This document shows positions 1-12,118 of a stretch of 64,000 nt of DNA, in pieces. Within the stretch, counting starts at the first letter, position 1; every line of letters starts with the position of its first letter. A program made the position numbers and the translations under genes. This DNA is from an uncultured Opitutia bacterium (GTDB lineage Bacteria > Verrucomicrobiota > Verrucomicrobiia > Opitutales > CAJWYM01). The stretch is taken from positions 52,882-116,881 of the forward strand of contig CAJWYM010000001.1 of assembly GCA_913049555.1 (NCBI GenBank), read 5' to 3'. The notes under the pieces are model-generated. The model ran no database searches. It saw nothing but the letters and a program-made list of their open reading frames with translations, and was not told where the DNA came from.

Positions 1-1553
<1,553 letters not shown>

Positions 1554-1624
1554 TCAAATATATCATAAAATTTATCTCGAACCCATAAGAAGAATGGTAT
1601 TTAATATATGTTAAATGGTAAATT

Positions 1625-2482
1625 ATGCTTGCTGATTATATTCAACTTGGATTGTGTCATAGAACAGTTGGAAGCCATGATTTTCCTACAGTCATTGCCT
1701 CTGGATTTATGTCAAAAGATGGCTGGGAAAAAGACTTTGAAAACTATGCTCATTCTCGTCATGCTCTCGTATATGTTATTCGTGGCAATGGATTTTACTT
1801 GGATGAAGGCGGAGTAAAATATCCTCTTTCTGCAGGTTCTTGGTTTCACAGGTTTCAAAATGTCCAGCATTCCACTATTATTGATCCAGAAAGTCATTGG
1901 GTAGAGTGTTTTATTGATTTGCCTGAGCTCTTCACTTTACCCTATCAGTCATTAGAATACTTCAATAAAAATGTGCCTGTTGGGATTAATATGAAGGCTA
2001 TGGCTTGGTTGGACGAGCTTGCGGAATTGATACGTGCATTAAAAATGAAATCGGATTTCGAATGTCGAAAACTGATTCCAAAAATGTTAGAGTTACAGAT
2101 GAGGATTATGGATCCATTTCATGATCCTAAAAGGGCAAATTTTTTAGTGGATTGTAATTGGGTGGAGGACGCTTGTGGGTATTTTGGTAAAAACATCCAC
2201 GAACGCTTTAGTGTTCGTGATTATTGTAAACAAGTTGGGATTGGGTACGAAAAATTCCGTAAAGACTTTGTTGCAATGATGAATATATCTCCAGCAAAGT
2301 ATTGTGTGCGAAGGCGACTCGATCGTTCTATTGAATTGCTTATGCAGCGCGATCCAGAAATCCAAATTGTGCAAATTTCCGACGAATTAGGATACAAGTC
2401 TTCTTTTGAATTCAGTGCCCAATTTAAGAAATTTTTTAAACTCAGCCCAGTTCATTATCGAGATAAATTTCTTCGCCACTAA
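1625..2482 (+). CDS. AraC-family transcriptional regulator
   Basis: N-terminal cupin-like region; C-terminal double HTH (ISPAKY...IVQISDELGYKSSFEFSAQFKKFFKLSPVHYR); divergent from the GH2 gene. Confidence 0.9.
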   Translation: MLADYIQLGLCHRTVGSHDFPTVIASGFMSKDGWEKDFENYAHSRHALVYVIRGNGFYLDEGGVKYPLSAGSWFHRFQNVQHSTIIDPESHWVECFIDLPELFTLPYQSLEYFNKNVPVGINMKAMAWLDELAELIRALKMKSDFECRKLIPKMLELQMRIMDPFHDPKRANFLVDCNWVEDACGYFGKNIHERFSVRDYCKQVGIGYEKFRKDFVAMMNISPAKYCVRRRLDRSIELLMQRDPEIQIVQISDELGYKSSFEFSAQFKKFFKLSPVHYRDKFLRH

Positions 2483-2777
2483 CCCCGAGCTCTTTTCTTG
2501 AACCCATTAATTTCTAGAGACTTTTAACAATATTGGGTGCTGTTTTTATTGAAACACTCCTTGAGATTTCTACAGTGACTCCAAAACGTCTTCCATTGAT
2601 TGATTGCGAGGGATCTTTATTTTCAATGCATCTCAGGATTGGATCTTTGATTTTTAATCATCGATTGGCAATTAGCTTCGGTGAGTCATCGAATCCTAAA
2701 ATCTTTATATTCAATTTTCTTGGAATAATACAAAGGGATCCCTATTATAATTCCTTACCAAAACTCTACCGATATTT

Positions 2778-3416
2778 ATGAATACAACCTTATTAGAGAA
2801 GTTAAATTGGAGATATGCTACAAAAGTCTTTGACCCATCCAAGAAAGTCTCGGATGCTGATTTTGAGATATTATTAGAGTCATTGCGATTGACTCCCTCT
2901 TCGTTTGGAATCCAGCCATGGAAGTTTGTGGTCGTTAAAAATCTTGAGATTCGAGAACAATTAGTCAGTCACAGCTGGGGTCAACGTCAGGTTGCAGACG
3001 CTTCTCATTTGATTGTATTGTGCCGTTTGAATCAAATGACTGAAAAAACAGTCGATGAATATATGGAGTATACTGCTGAAACTCGCGGAGTGGATGTATC
3101 CGAATTGAAAGGTTTCAGCGATATGCTAAAAGGGTTTGTTAATAAAATGGATGCGGAACAACTTTCTCAATGGATGGAGAATCAAGTGTACATTGCTTTA
3201 GGAAATTTGATGACTTCTGCGTCTGTTTTGGATATTGATGCATGCCCCATAGAGGGTTTCTCTTCTACAGAGTATGATCGAGTTCTTGGTTTAGAGGAAT
3301 TTGGTTTGAATTCCGTTGTTTTATGTCCTGTAGGTTATCGTGGAGAGAATGACAAATATGCTGAAAATCCTAAAGTGCGCTTTCTATCAGAAGAGGTAAT
3401 CCTGGAAATTTCTTAA
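2778..3416 (+). CDS. NAD(P)H nitroreductase (NfsB-like)
   Basis: WRYATKVFD, LTPSSFGIQPWKF, DACPIEGF and KVR motifs. Confidence 0.9.
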   Translation: MNTTLLEKLNWRYATKVFDPSKKVSDADFEILLESLRLTPSSFGIQPWKFVVVKNLEIREQLVSHSWGQRQVADASHLIVLCRLNQMTEKTVDEYMEYTAETRGVDVSELKGFSDMLKGFVNKMDAEQLSQWMENQVYIALGNLMTSASVLDIDACPIEGFSSTEYDRVLGLEEFGLNSVVLCPVGYRGENDKYAENPKVRFLSEEVILEIS

Positions 3417-3480
3417 ATATCAAAATTCGAGTTTGTTGGGATATTTAGGAATACAATGCTTGCTTTCTTGAAATTTATTT

Positions 3481-4677
3481 GTGGCTAGTTTGAAAGAAAA
3501 AATAAGCAAATGGGGCGCTGATTTCCAAGAATTTTCGATCGATATTGTCTATGGTCGCGATCGTGGGTTTAAAGGTCGATTGTTTGGGCTTTTTCTTCAG
3601 GGGTTTTCTTATCTTTTCAGTGGGATTGTTCAGTGCAGACTTTTTTTATACAATGAACGCCTTTTGAGTAACAATGCTCTCGGTTGTCTAGTAGTCGTTG
3701 TTGGAAATTTGACTGTGGGTGGAACTGGAAAAACTCCAGTTGTAGAGAGATTTGCTAAGACCTTACAAGATCGGGGTCGAAAGGTAGCGATCCTATCTAG
3801 AGGTTATAAAAGTAAAAAAGAACCTTCCTATCAAAAAATACTTCGCTGGATTACTCATGCAGAGCCTCCTCCTCCAAAGGTTGTCAGTGATGAATCGGGC
3901 GTCCTTTTAGGATCTGATGTTGCTGGAGATGAACCCTATATGCTGGCAAGAAACCTTCCCGGAGTTCCAGTTATTGTAGATTCCAATCGAGTTAAGGGAG
4001 GGCTGTATGCCATCAAGAAATTTAAAGTAGACACTCTTATCTTAGATGATGGATTTCAGTATTTACCATTAAGAGGGCGTTTAAATCTACTGCTCGTCGA
4101 TTCTACAAATCCATTTGGAAATGGATTCACGTTGCCCAGAGGAATTTTAAGAGAACCTGTGAAACACCTGAGCCGATCTTCTTATATTTTCCTGACAAAA
4201 TCCAATGGAAATCCAGATCCTGCAATTCTAGAAACCATTCATCAATACAAACCTGGAGCGGAAGTGATTGAATGTACCCATCGTCCAGAATATTTACAGC
4301 CTGTTTTTGGTGAAAAGCATATAGACCTTTCTTATTTACAGGGGAAAAAGGTAGGAGTTTTTAGCGGAATTGCAGTCCCTGAAAGTTTTGAAAAATTTGT
4401 TAGAGATTTAGGAGCTGAGATTGTTTATTTCAAAAGATTTTTAGATCATCATCGATTTAGTGAGGCCGAATTGGAAATCGTTTTTACTGGTTGTGAAGAG
4501 GCAGGAGCGGAAATAGTTCTCACTACTGAGAAAGATGCAGTCCGAGTTGAAGAGGATTTTGAAACGGATTTAGAATTTCTTTTCTTAAGGGTCATGATTC
4601 GCATTATTAGCGGTGTGGAAGATTTTCAAAGCGCTGTAGAAAGAGTTTGTTTTATGGATCAAGTATCAAAGGAATAA
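3481..4677 (+). CDS. lpxK: Tetraacyldisaccharide 4'-kinase
   Basis: [14 protein letters not shown]-loop, [35 protein letters not shown]. Confidence 0.95.
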   Translation: MASLKEKISKWGADFQEFSIDIVYGRDRGFKGRLFGLFLQGFSYLFSGIVQCRLFLYNERLLSNNALGCLVVVVGNLTVGGTGKTPVVERFAKTLQDRGRKVAILSRGYKSKKEPSYQKILRWITHAEPPPPKVVSDESGVLLGSDVAGDEPYMLARNLPGVPVIVDSNRVKGGLYAIKKFKVDTLILDDGFQYLPLRGRLNLLLVDSTNPFGNGFTLPRGILREPVKHLSRSSYIFLTKSNGNPDPAILETIHQYKPGAEVIECTHRPEYLQPVFGEKHIDLSYLQGKKVGVFSGIAVPESFEKFVRDLGAEIVYFKRFLDHHRFSEAELEIVFTGCEEAGAEIVLTTEKDAVRVEEDFETDLEFLFLRVMIRIISGVEDFQSAVERVCFMDQVSKE

Positions 4678-4765
4678 GATTATGACTCCTTTTTATTCTC
4701 AATTTTAAGATGAAGTCAATCCAGTCCAATTGGGAAGGATTTAAAACAAAAAATGTTCCTTTTGT

Positions 4766-5653
4766 ATGAGAACTGTTTTCATCGGATTCGTTCTGTTTTT
4801 TTTGTTTTCATGTTCTGAGGTAAAGAGGGTGGAAAGGCATGGAACTGTCCAAGAATCATTGAAAAGCTTTATTTTTGATTTTAATAATAAGAAGATAGAC
4901 TCGATATTTTCCACTTTGCCAAGTCATCACAAAGATAATTTTACAGCTGCAATTGATTTGATTGACAATCAAATGCATCCCGAATTTTACTCGAATTTCC
5001 AGAGTATGATTGAGAGTTGTAGTCTTTTAGTTTCCACGAAAAAAGACTTTATTTTACATTCAGATTTAATTCTTAGAGCTTTAGATGTAGATCAAAGAAA
5101 GATCTTGGAAAGAAATTGGGAGGCTTCAAACAAATTTTTGAAAATATTATTAGAATCTAAGTTCGACGATTCATCCTACGATTCTATGGTTGATTTTGGA
5201 AATGTATTTTTAATTGCTCTGATTAAAGTGATTCCTGAAATGCAACTTCCTTCTCCTTTTGGTGATTTTCTATCCTATGGAATTTCTGAGGGAACCATCC
5301 ATTCAGAGATTCAAAAAGGTTTGATTGCAGATTCAAAAATTGAATTGGTCAGTTTTAATAGAAAAACATACTTATATTCTGGATTTCGTTGGGTTTTGGT
5401 GGAGAAAAGATGGTTGCCTGAGTCTTTCTTAAATACCTACAAGAATCATTTTGGAAATTACTTGGATTCAATCTCAAAGATGTCAAAATTCCGGATTCGC
5501 AAAAAGATCCATGAATGGGTTTACCTCCTCGCAACCTTAGATCGAGCTTTTTCAAGACTTTCTCAAGCCCAAAGTCAACAGGCCTTCAACGATACTTGTC
5601 ATCATATGGGTGGAGTGGTTGTTCTTCGTTTGCTCCAACTAAATTCTATTTGA
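4766..5653 (+). CDS. Hypothetical lipoprotein
   Basis: 295-aa ORF with signal peptide and lipobox-like FLFSC; no family recognised. Confidence 0.6.
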   Translation: MRTVFIGFVLFFLFSCSEVKRVERHGTVQESLKSFIFDFNNKKIDSIFSTLPSHHKDNFTAAIDLIDNQMHPEFYSNFQSMIESCSLLVSTKKDFILHSDLILRALDVDQRKILERNWEASNKFLKILLESKFDDSSYDSMVDFGNVFLIALIKVIPEMQLPSPFGDFLSYGISEGTIHSEIQKGLIADSKIELVSFNRKTYLYSGFRWVLVEKRWLPESFLNTYKNHFGNYLDSISKMSKFRIRKKIHEWVYLLATLDRAFSRLSQAQSQQAFNDTCHHMGGVVVLRLLQLNSI

Positions 5654-5956
5654 CCTAAAGGACGCAAAAATGAGATTCAATTTAAAGATTTTACAGCGAA
5701 ATGGGTTGTTAAATCTTTAAATAGGACCTTTTTTTCATTTTTGAAGGTTTTAACAATCATTGCAACCGAATCTATGAAGTTTGAAACTAAAGTTATTAGG
5801 AGGAATTCGGGTTTCAATCAATTCTGTATCGAGAAAAAGTCTTTCATTCAATAACTGGGACTAAAAACGATAAGCCCAAATTGTAAAATCTTTTCTATTA
5901 ATGGAACTGTTTCCTCCAAAAATAATCACTTGAACAACCCCTTTTGAATAATCTCA

Positions 5957-7327
5957 TTAGGAGGAACGGTTCCAATCGAGATTGGGCCATTGTTTTATTT
6001 TTCTATGGAGAGTTCTTCTGCTTATCCCTAAAAGCTCAGCAGCTTTTGTCTTATTTCCATTGGATTGATAAAGTGCGTTGCAAAGTAATTTTTTTTCATT
6101 TTCTTCAACGGACAATGGATTCACAGAAATTCCATGGGGTTGTAATTCGGGCTCTTCTTTTTTTAAAAATCGAGGGTCTAAATTATGAGATTGAACTACT
6201 TTGCCTCTGTGCATGATCACCATATTTTCACAGAAATTCCTCAGTTCCCGGATATTTCCAGGCCACCTGTATTCGATCAATATTTTCATGGCCTCCCTAT
6301 CAAATGAAATGGGGACAAAATGATTCTCCTCAGCGTAGAAATTTATGAAGTGCTCTAATAATAAAGGGATGTCTTCTTTTCTCTCATTTAGAGAGGGGAG
6401 TAAGATACGCACCACATTGAGTCTATAATAAAGGTCCTCACGAAAGGTCCCGTTTTTTACCATTTCTAATAAATCTCTGTTTGTGGCACAGATAAGACGA
6501 ACATCCACCTGAATTGGCTTAATACTCCCAAGCCGCTCAAATGACCTAGACTCTAAAAAACGAAGGAGTTTCACCTGGGTTTGAGCATCAATTTCACCAA
6601 TTTCATCTAAGAACAAAGACCCTCCCTCAGCAGCCTCAAATCGGCCCATTCTTTTTTCATTGGCTCCTGTAAAGGCACCCCTCTCATGACCAAACAATTC
6701 ACTTTCGAGTAAATTACTAGCCAAGGCTGCGCAGTGAACAGCAACAAACGGTTTTTTTCTTCTAGGGCTGTTGTCGTGAATGGATTGAGCAAAAAGTTCT
6801 TTACCGGTGCCTGTTTCCCCATTGATCATAACGGTAGCCTTTGAGGGAGCGACGAGTTCGACCTCTTTTAGGACTTTGGATAAACTGGAAGATTGACCAA
6901 TAATTCCAACGGAAGCATGGATTCGACTGGACCTTGGATCTGATCGGAGCGTTCCTTTTTCATTCTTTTTGACTTGCAGGGATCTTTTTAAAAGAAGCTC
7001 CAAGCTTTCAAGGTTCACAGGCTTCGTCAGAAAATCAAAGGCACCCTGTTTGATAGCCTCTACAGCAGTCTCGATATTTCCGTAGGCAGTCATCATGATG
7101 GTAATTGGATCGTAGGGCATTTTTGCTGCGTATTTGAGAACCGACATTCCAGATTTTCCCGCCATTCGAAGATCTGTAAGAATGAGGTCAAATTCCTCTT
7201 CATTCATTAAGGTAAATGCCTCATCAGCATCCGCAGCTACATAGGTGTCATAATCGTCTTCCAATGCAGAGAGCAATCCCTCTCTCGCATGCTTCTCATC
7301 CTCAACGATTAATAAGGTGTGAGGCAT
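5957..7327 (-). CDS. Sigma-54-dependent response regulator (NtrC/AtoC family)
   Basis: Receiver domain (IVEDE, LTDLRM, FLTKP), AAA+ domain (GETGTGKE, GAFTGA, LFLDEIGE) and Fis HTH. Confidence 0.95.
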   Translation of the reverse strand: MPHTLLIVEDEKHAREGLLSALEDDYDTYVAADADEAFTLMNEEEFDLILTDLRMAGKSGMSVLKYAAKMPYDPITIMMTAYGNIETAVEAIKQGAFDFLTKPVNLESLELLLKRSLQVKKNEKGTLRSDPRSSRIHASVGIIGQSSSLSKVLKEVELVAPSKATVMINGETGTGKELFAQSIHDNSPRRKKPFVAVHCAALASNLLESELFGHERGAFTGANEKRMGRFEAAEGGSLFLDEIGEIDAQTQVKLLRFLESRSFERLGSIKPIQVDVRLICATNRDLLEMVKNGTFREDLYYRLNVVRILLPSLNERKEDIPLLLEHFINFYAEENHFVPISFDREAMKILIEYRWPGNIRELRNFCENMVIMHRGKVVQSHNLDPRFLKKEEPELQPHGISVNPLSVEENEKKLLCNALYQSNGNKTKAAELLGISRRTLHRKIKQWPNLDWNRSS

Positions 7328-7334
7328 TTATAAT

Positions 7335-8279
7335 TTAAAGGCGGGCGTTTCCGCATTCAAGAGTTGCTTTGAATTCATCGTAGGTCCTCTTAAGGCCCTC
7401 TTTAAGACTTATTTTAGGTTCCCATCCAGTGCTTTTGAGGAGAGCGTTGTCCATAAGTTTTCTTGGAGTTCCGTCTGGTTTTGAGGAGTCGTATCCAAGC
7501 TTTCCCGAGTAACCAACCGTTTCTTTTACCAATTGCGCGAGTTCTCCAATAGAAATGTCTTTTCCAGATCCAATGTTTACCCAATCAGGGGGGGATTGAA
7601 TGTTTGCTAGGTGAATGACTGCATCTGCCAAGTCATCTACATGAAGGAATTCTCTTTTGGGAGTTCCACTTCCCCAAATAATGACTTCCGGAGTGTTGTT
7701 TAATTTTGCTTCGTGAAATCTTCTGATTAAAGCGGGAAGAACATGGGAGTTCTCAGGATGATAATTGTCTCCAGTTCCATATAAATTGGTGGGCATCCCA
7801 GAATGAAACAATACTCCGTATTGTTTTCTGTAATATTCACACATCTTAAGACCTGCAATTTTAGCGATTGCATAAGCTTCGTTCGTCTTTTCGAGAGGAG
7901 ATGAAAGGAGACAATCTTCTTTCATTGGTTGAGGAGCGTTTCTGGGATAAATACAAGAGCTACCAAGGTTGAGAAGTCTGGACACCCCATTACTGTAGGC
8001 AGAGTGAACGATATTAAAGGTAATTGCTAAATTTTCATGTATGAATTCAGCTGGGTAAGTATTATTCGCATGGATTCCACCTACACGCGCTGCAGCAAGA
8101 ATCACGATATCAGGTTTTTCTTGGATAAAAAAATCCTCGACCAGTGCAGAGTTGGTAAGGTCCAATTCGGATCTGGTTCTAGTAATCAGATCGATATGAT
8201 TGTGATCCTCAAGTTTTCTAAGAATAGAAGATCCGACCATACCTCTGTGGCCTGCGATGTAAACTTTTCCTTTCACCAA
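7335..8279 (-). CDS. fcl: GDP-L-fucose synthase
   Basis: [50 protein letters not shown]. Confidence 0.96.
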   Translation of the reverse strand: MVKGKVYIAGHRGMVGSSILRKLEDHNHIDLITRTRSELDLTNSALVEDFFIQEKPDIVILAAARVGGIHANNTYPAEFIHENLAITFNIVHSAYSNGVSRLLNLGSSCIYPRNAPQPMKEDCLLSSPLEKTNEAYAIAKIAGLKMCEYYRKQYGVLFHSGMPTNLYGTGDNYHPENSHVLPALIRRFHEAKLNNTPEVIIWGSGTPKREFLHVDDLADAVIHLANIQSPPDWVNIGSGKDISIGELAQLVKETVGYSGKLGYDSSKPDGTPRKLMDNALLKSTGWEPKISLKEGLKRTYDEFKATLECGNARL

Positions 8280-8318
8280 CGTTCTTTTAAAATCATCCCA
8301 AGCTTTTAGTAGAGGCGT

Positions 8319-9317
8319 TTAGATAGAAGCGTTGAGTAAAGCTTGCTCTTTTTTTGCGAGTTTCATGTCTTCATCCACCATGATTTTGCAAAGGCTCTTG
8401 AAGCTAGTCTTGGGTTCCCAATTGAGTTTTTTCTTAGCTTTTTCAGGATCCCCTATGAGAAGATCTACTTCTGCTGGCCTTTCATATCTAGCATCGTATT
8501 TAACATATTTTTGCCAGTCCAAATCTAATGCTGCAAAGGTTTCCTGACAGAACTCTTTAACCGTGTGAGTTTCATTTGTGGCAATCACATAGTCGTCTGG
8601 TTCGTCTTGTTGCAACATTAGGTACATGGCTTCAACATATTCCTTAGCATATCCCCAGTCTCTCTTCGCGTCGAGATTTCCTAAATAAAGTGCATCTTGT
8701 AAGCCTAATTTAATGCGAGTTGCTGCACGAGTAATTTTACGGGTTACGAAAGTTTCCCCTCGTCTTGGAGATTCGTGATTGAATAGAATGCCACTGGAAG
8801 CATGCATGTTATAAGACTCACGGAAGTTAATAGTCAGCCAGTGTGCATAGAGTTTTGCACAAGCATAAGGAGATCGAGGGTAAAAAGGAGTCGACTCTGT
8901 TTGGGGAACTGCTTGAACTTTTCCATACATTTCTGAGGAAGAAGCCTGATAATAGCGAACTTTGTCCACAAGACCGGTTTCTCTGATTGCCTCTAAAATT
9001 CGAGCTGCTCCTAGTCCGACCACATCCCCTGTGTATTCTGGAATATCAAAAGATACACGAACGTGGCTTTGTGCGCCGAGGTTGTAAATTTCGTCGGGTT
9101 TGAGATTGTAAAGCAACTTGACGAGCGCTGTCGAGTCCGCCAAGTCTCCGTAGTGAAGTTTGAGATTTGGATCACTGTAAATATGATCGATTCGATCGGT
9201 ATTAAAAGTGGAGGCCCTCCGAATAATTCCGTGAACTTCATATCCTTTTTCTAGTAAAAGTTCAGCTAGATAAGAGCCGTCTTGTCCTGTAATTCCTGTA
9301 ACGAGTGCTTTTTTCAT
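8319..9317 (-). CDS. gmd: GDP-mannose 4,6-dehydratase
   Basis: [48 protein letters not shown]. Confidence 0.97.
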   Translation of the reverse strand: MKKALVTGITGQDGSYLAELLLEKGYEVHGIIRRASTFNTDRIDHIYSDPNLKLHYGDLADSTALVKLLYNLKPDEIYNLGAQSHVRVSFDIPEYTGDVVGLGAARILEAIRETGLVDKVRYYQASSSEMYGKVQAVPQTESTPFYPRSPYACAKLYAHWLTINFRESYNMHASSGILFNHESPRRGETFVTRKITRAATRIKLGLQDALYLGNLDAKRDWGYAKEYVEAMYLMLQQDEPDDYVIATNETHTVKEFCQETFAALDLDWQKYVKYDARYERPAEVDLLIGDPEKAKKKLNWEPKTSFKSLCKIMVDEDMKLAKKEQALLNASI

Positions 9318-9477
9318 AGAATAAATTTAAATTTATAATCCAACAAATACAGACCTATGAGTCAATTCTTTATGATTTAAAGTTGTGTGGATATGGTTCC
9401 TAATTCGAACTCTAGAATTGATTTTTAGCCCCTGTTAAAGGAGTGAATTCTTGAAATCACATTCGGTTTTTAAATTT

Positions 9478-10146
9478 CTAAAATCTTTTTCTTAGGTAAA
9501 TGTAACGGGATTCCAAAGTTTCTTTAGTCTTAAAGGTGATTTCTAAGAAATCAGGAATTAAGGATTCGTTGTTTTTTTCTAGAAAATCATCTTCTTTCTC
9601 CCAAGTTTGAAATTCTGGATTGAAATACCAAAGATCTATTTTGTCTACAAAAGGACTGATTTTAGTCTGATACAAGTCTAGAATATTTTCTACATTTTTT
9701 GAGGATGAATGCCACTTAAATTGAAGCCCATTTTGGGTCGATAAATCAAAGAATATTGTGATTGGGGAGTTTAATGGAGTACTATTATCACTAAAGATGG
9801 CAGGAGGAGACTGGATCGATAGCTGGAAGTAAGAATCGTTGAATCCATCTGTCCAATTGGGTTGAACGATTTCAATGTTTTTTGATTTTCCACGAGGTAT
9901 TTCGGTTGTGGGGTTCTTTATTGAACTGGATGCATTGTTAAAAATAAATTGAAGAAAGAAGCAGGTCCCATCCACATGTTGATCAAAAGCATTTTGGGTT
10001 TGGGTTTCAGTCCAAATTTGTTGAAGAGAGAACATAACTTGTAGGGTGGAGACTAAAGTCAAGGCTCCTAGACCTAGAGACAGGATTACTTCAATCAAAG
10101 TGAAAGCGGATTTTTTCTTAGAAATAATTTTGTTGGAGGGATTCAA
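9478..10146 (-). CDS. Minor pseudopilin, GspJ-like
   Basis: Class III prepilin motif AFTLIEVILSL; third gene of a pseudopilin run. Confidence 0.7.
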   Translation of the reverse strand: MNPSNKIISKKKSAFTLIEVILSLGLGALTLVSTLQVMFSLQQIWTETQTQNAFDQHVDGTCFFLQFIFNNASSSIKNPTTEIPRGKSKNIEIVQPNWTDGFNDSYFQLSIQSPPAIFSDNSTPLNSPITIFFDLSTQNGLQFKWHSSSKNVENILDLYQTKISPFVDKIDLWYFNPEFQTWEKEDDFLEKNNESLIPDFLEITFKTKETLESRYIYLRKRF

Positions 10147-10570
10147 TGTACGTTTTTTTCTTTTCTAGAAGTTGTTTTCTTTCCTCAGATTCAGACCACT
10201 CAGGTCTCAGTAAATAGAACCTAAGAGCACTTTTAATGGGTTCATTTTCCCCTTTTTCAATTTGAATCATTAAAGAAAATAAATCTAGATTCTCAGTTTC
10301 ATTGATTTCTGCACTCCATTGAATCTGTTCGTTGGATGGGAGAGTGAGTTCTCCCCCTTGTAATAACTTATCTTTATCCTCAATGGTTGTAATGAAATCT
10401 TTGGCCCAAGCAATGAATGCATTTTCATTTTGCGAATTTTTATTATTTTCCTTGGCTAATACTGCATTCATATAACTGTTTGTTAGCAACGCGATTGAAA
10501 GGCTGAAAAGAACGAGTGCAACCATAACTTCAATCAAAGAGAATCCGATTTTTTTGAAGAAACCATTCAT
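10118..10570 (-). CDS. Minor pseudopilin, GspI-like
   Basis: GFSLIEVMVALVLF prepilin motif; size and position fit GspI. Confidence 0.75.
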   Translation of the reverse strand: MNGFFKKIGFSLIEVMVALVLFSLSIALLTNSYMNAVLAKENNKNSQNENAFIAWAKDFITTIEDKDKLLQGGELTLPSNEQIQWSAEINETENLDLFSLMIQIEKGENEPIKSALRFYLLRPEWSESEERKQLLEKKKTYIESLQQNYF

Positions 10571-11082
10571 TCAACCAACCTTGAGTTTGAAAGGGGATCC
10601 ATTTGAATTTGTTCCATGTAATTTTCATATTCAAATTCAATGATATATCGTTGAGAACTGTTTGAGGGATCTAAAAAGATTTTATTTACAGAAGCCAACT
10701 CAAGGTCGCTGCTTGATTCTTCGCCAGGATTATATTTCGGAGATTTAAAATTGATAATACCCTTAAAATCAGAGGGTAATTTTTCCTCTGTAATTGGATT
10801 CGAATGAGTCCGTGATTGGAGTTTAAAGCTTCTAGTTTCCTCATCAAATTCAATAAATAAAGTTTCTTTTCTTTTTAAAACTTCTAACCTAGCTCGATTC
10901 AAAAAAGAGTAAAAAATTTCTTCAGGGGTATTTTCTTTTTTAGTATCAAACAAATTGTGAGTGTTTATAACAACCAGTCCTGTCATCATTCCAATTAAGG
11001 CTAAAACAGTGAGCATTTCAATCAATGTAAATCCCTTAGGATTTAAAGATTTAGATTTCAACTGAAATTTCATGTTGTTCAT
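10567..11082 (-). CDS. Minor pseudopilin, GspH-like
   Basis: GFTLIEMLTVLALIG prepilin motif and the ARLEV helix typical of GspH/FimT. Confidence 0.75.
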   Translation of the reverse strand: MNNMKFQLKSKSLNPKGFTLIEMLTVLALIGMMTGLVVINTHNLFDTKKENTPEEIFYSFLNRARLEVLKRKETLFIEFDEETRSFKLQSRTHSNPITEEKLPSDFKGIINFKSPKYNPGEESSSDLELASVNKIFLDPSNSSQRYIIEFEYENYMEQIQMDPLSNSRLVE

Positions 11083-11133
11083 TTTGACTAGGTTTGATTA
11101 CCTTAATAATCCTTTTTATTACTAGCAAACATT

Positions 11134-11586
11134 ATGAACACTCTAAAACCAACTAATTCCTACCGAAGTCAGAATAAAACGGGCTTCTCATTGATTGAGA
11201 TGCTCATAGTTTTAGCACTGATTGGTTTGATTGCAGGATTAGCAATTGGTGATTTGGGTAGTATTTTAGGAGGAGGCAAAGAAAAAGTCGCTGAATCTTT
11301 TGTAAACTCTAGCATGGAAATCCCGTTAACCTCTTACAAATTGAATTTGGGAAATTATCCAAGTTCAGCTGAAATGAAAGATTTCGCTGCGCTTTTGACG
11401 GCACCCACCAAAAAAGCAGATCGTTGGAAAGGCCCATACATCAAAAATAAAAAAGGAATTTCAGATCCTTGGGGCAACAACTACCGCTATCGATATCCAG
11501 GAGTAAAGAATCCGGGTGGATATGATCTTTGGTCGATAGGCCCTGATGAAACTGACAGCACTGCAGACGATATCGGGAATTGGTAG
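11134..11586 (+). CDS. gspG: Type II secretion major pseudopilin G
   Basis: GFSLIEMLIVL, YKLNLGNYPS, WKGPY, DPWGNNYRYRYPG, YDLWSIGPD...DDIGNW. Confidence 0.93.
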   Translation: MNTLKPTNSYRSQNKTGFSLIEMLIVLALIGLIAGLAIGDLGSILGGGKEKVAESFVNSSMEIPLTSYKLNLGNYPSSAEMKDFAALLTAPTKKADRWKGPYIKNKKGISDPWGNNYRYRYPGVKNPGGYDLWSIGPDETDSTADDIGNW

Positions 11587-11655
11587 TTCACTAATTATTG
11601 AGGGGCTTTCAAACAGTTCTAATTTTTTTTGTTCTCAGGACTGTTGAAGTTTTTA

Positions 11656-12003
11656 TTAACCTCGATCTGTGAAATTCCAATTTAGATTGGATTCTTCATA
11701 GTAAGGAACCTCACGCTTTTCATTCTTAATGGGGGAACTGAAGCCTCTAAAAGTTTCGCGGATGCCATATAAATTCAATCGATTGAGTGAGGCACTTTCC
11801 GAATCCTGTTTGTTTACTGAAGGAACATTTTCGGAAGTATTGGGAAATGAAATCAATGTATTTTGTTTGCTAAGCTTCAGTGCTGCAGAGTCAATAAAAT
11901 CACCGAAACTATTAATATTGGAGGATCCGAATCTGTGGGTTAATAATGACATAAATAATTTTTTTTTAAGGTTTTTATAAGTTCTTGAATTATAAATCGG
12001 CAC
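11656..12003 (-). CDS. Hypothetical protein
   Basis: 115-aa ORF filling the gap between the acs terminator and gspG; true start may be a later Met; no family recognised. Confidence 0.45.
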   Translation of the reverse strand: MPIYNSRTYKNLKKKLFMSLLTHRFGSSNINSFGDFIDSAALKLSKQNTLISFPNTSENVPSVNKQDSESASLNRLNLYGIRETFRGFSSPIKNEKREVPYYEESNLNWNFTDRG

Positions 12004-12060
12004 GGATTTTAGAAACTTAAGTAAAAATTATTTATTTTTATTAATTTATAGATAGAAACC

Positions 12061-12090
12061 AAAAAAAGGCCCCATAATTAAATGGGGCCT
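12061..12090 (-). terminator. Rho-independent terminator of acs
   Basis: AGGCCCCAT-aattaa-ATGGGGCCT hairpin next to an A-run that reads as a U-tract on the minus strand, about 30 nt after the acs stop. Confidence 0.85.
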
Positions 12091-12118
12091 TGACCAAAAT
12101 TGGAGTAATGAAAATAAA

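Noticed and set aside
2533-2781. 82-aa ORF before the nitroreductase
   Set aside because: TTG start and no recognisable motif; more likely promoter-containing intergenic DNA
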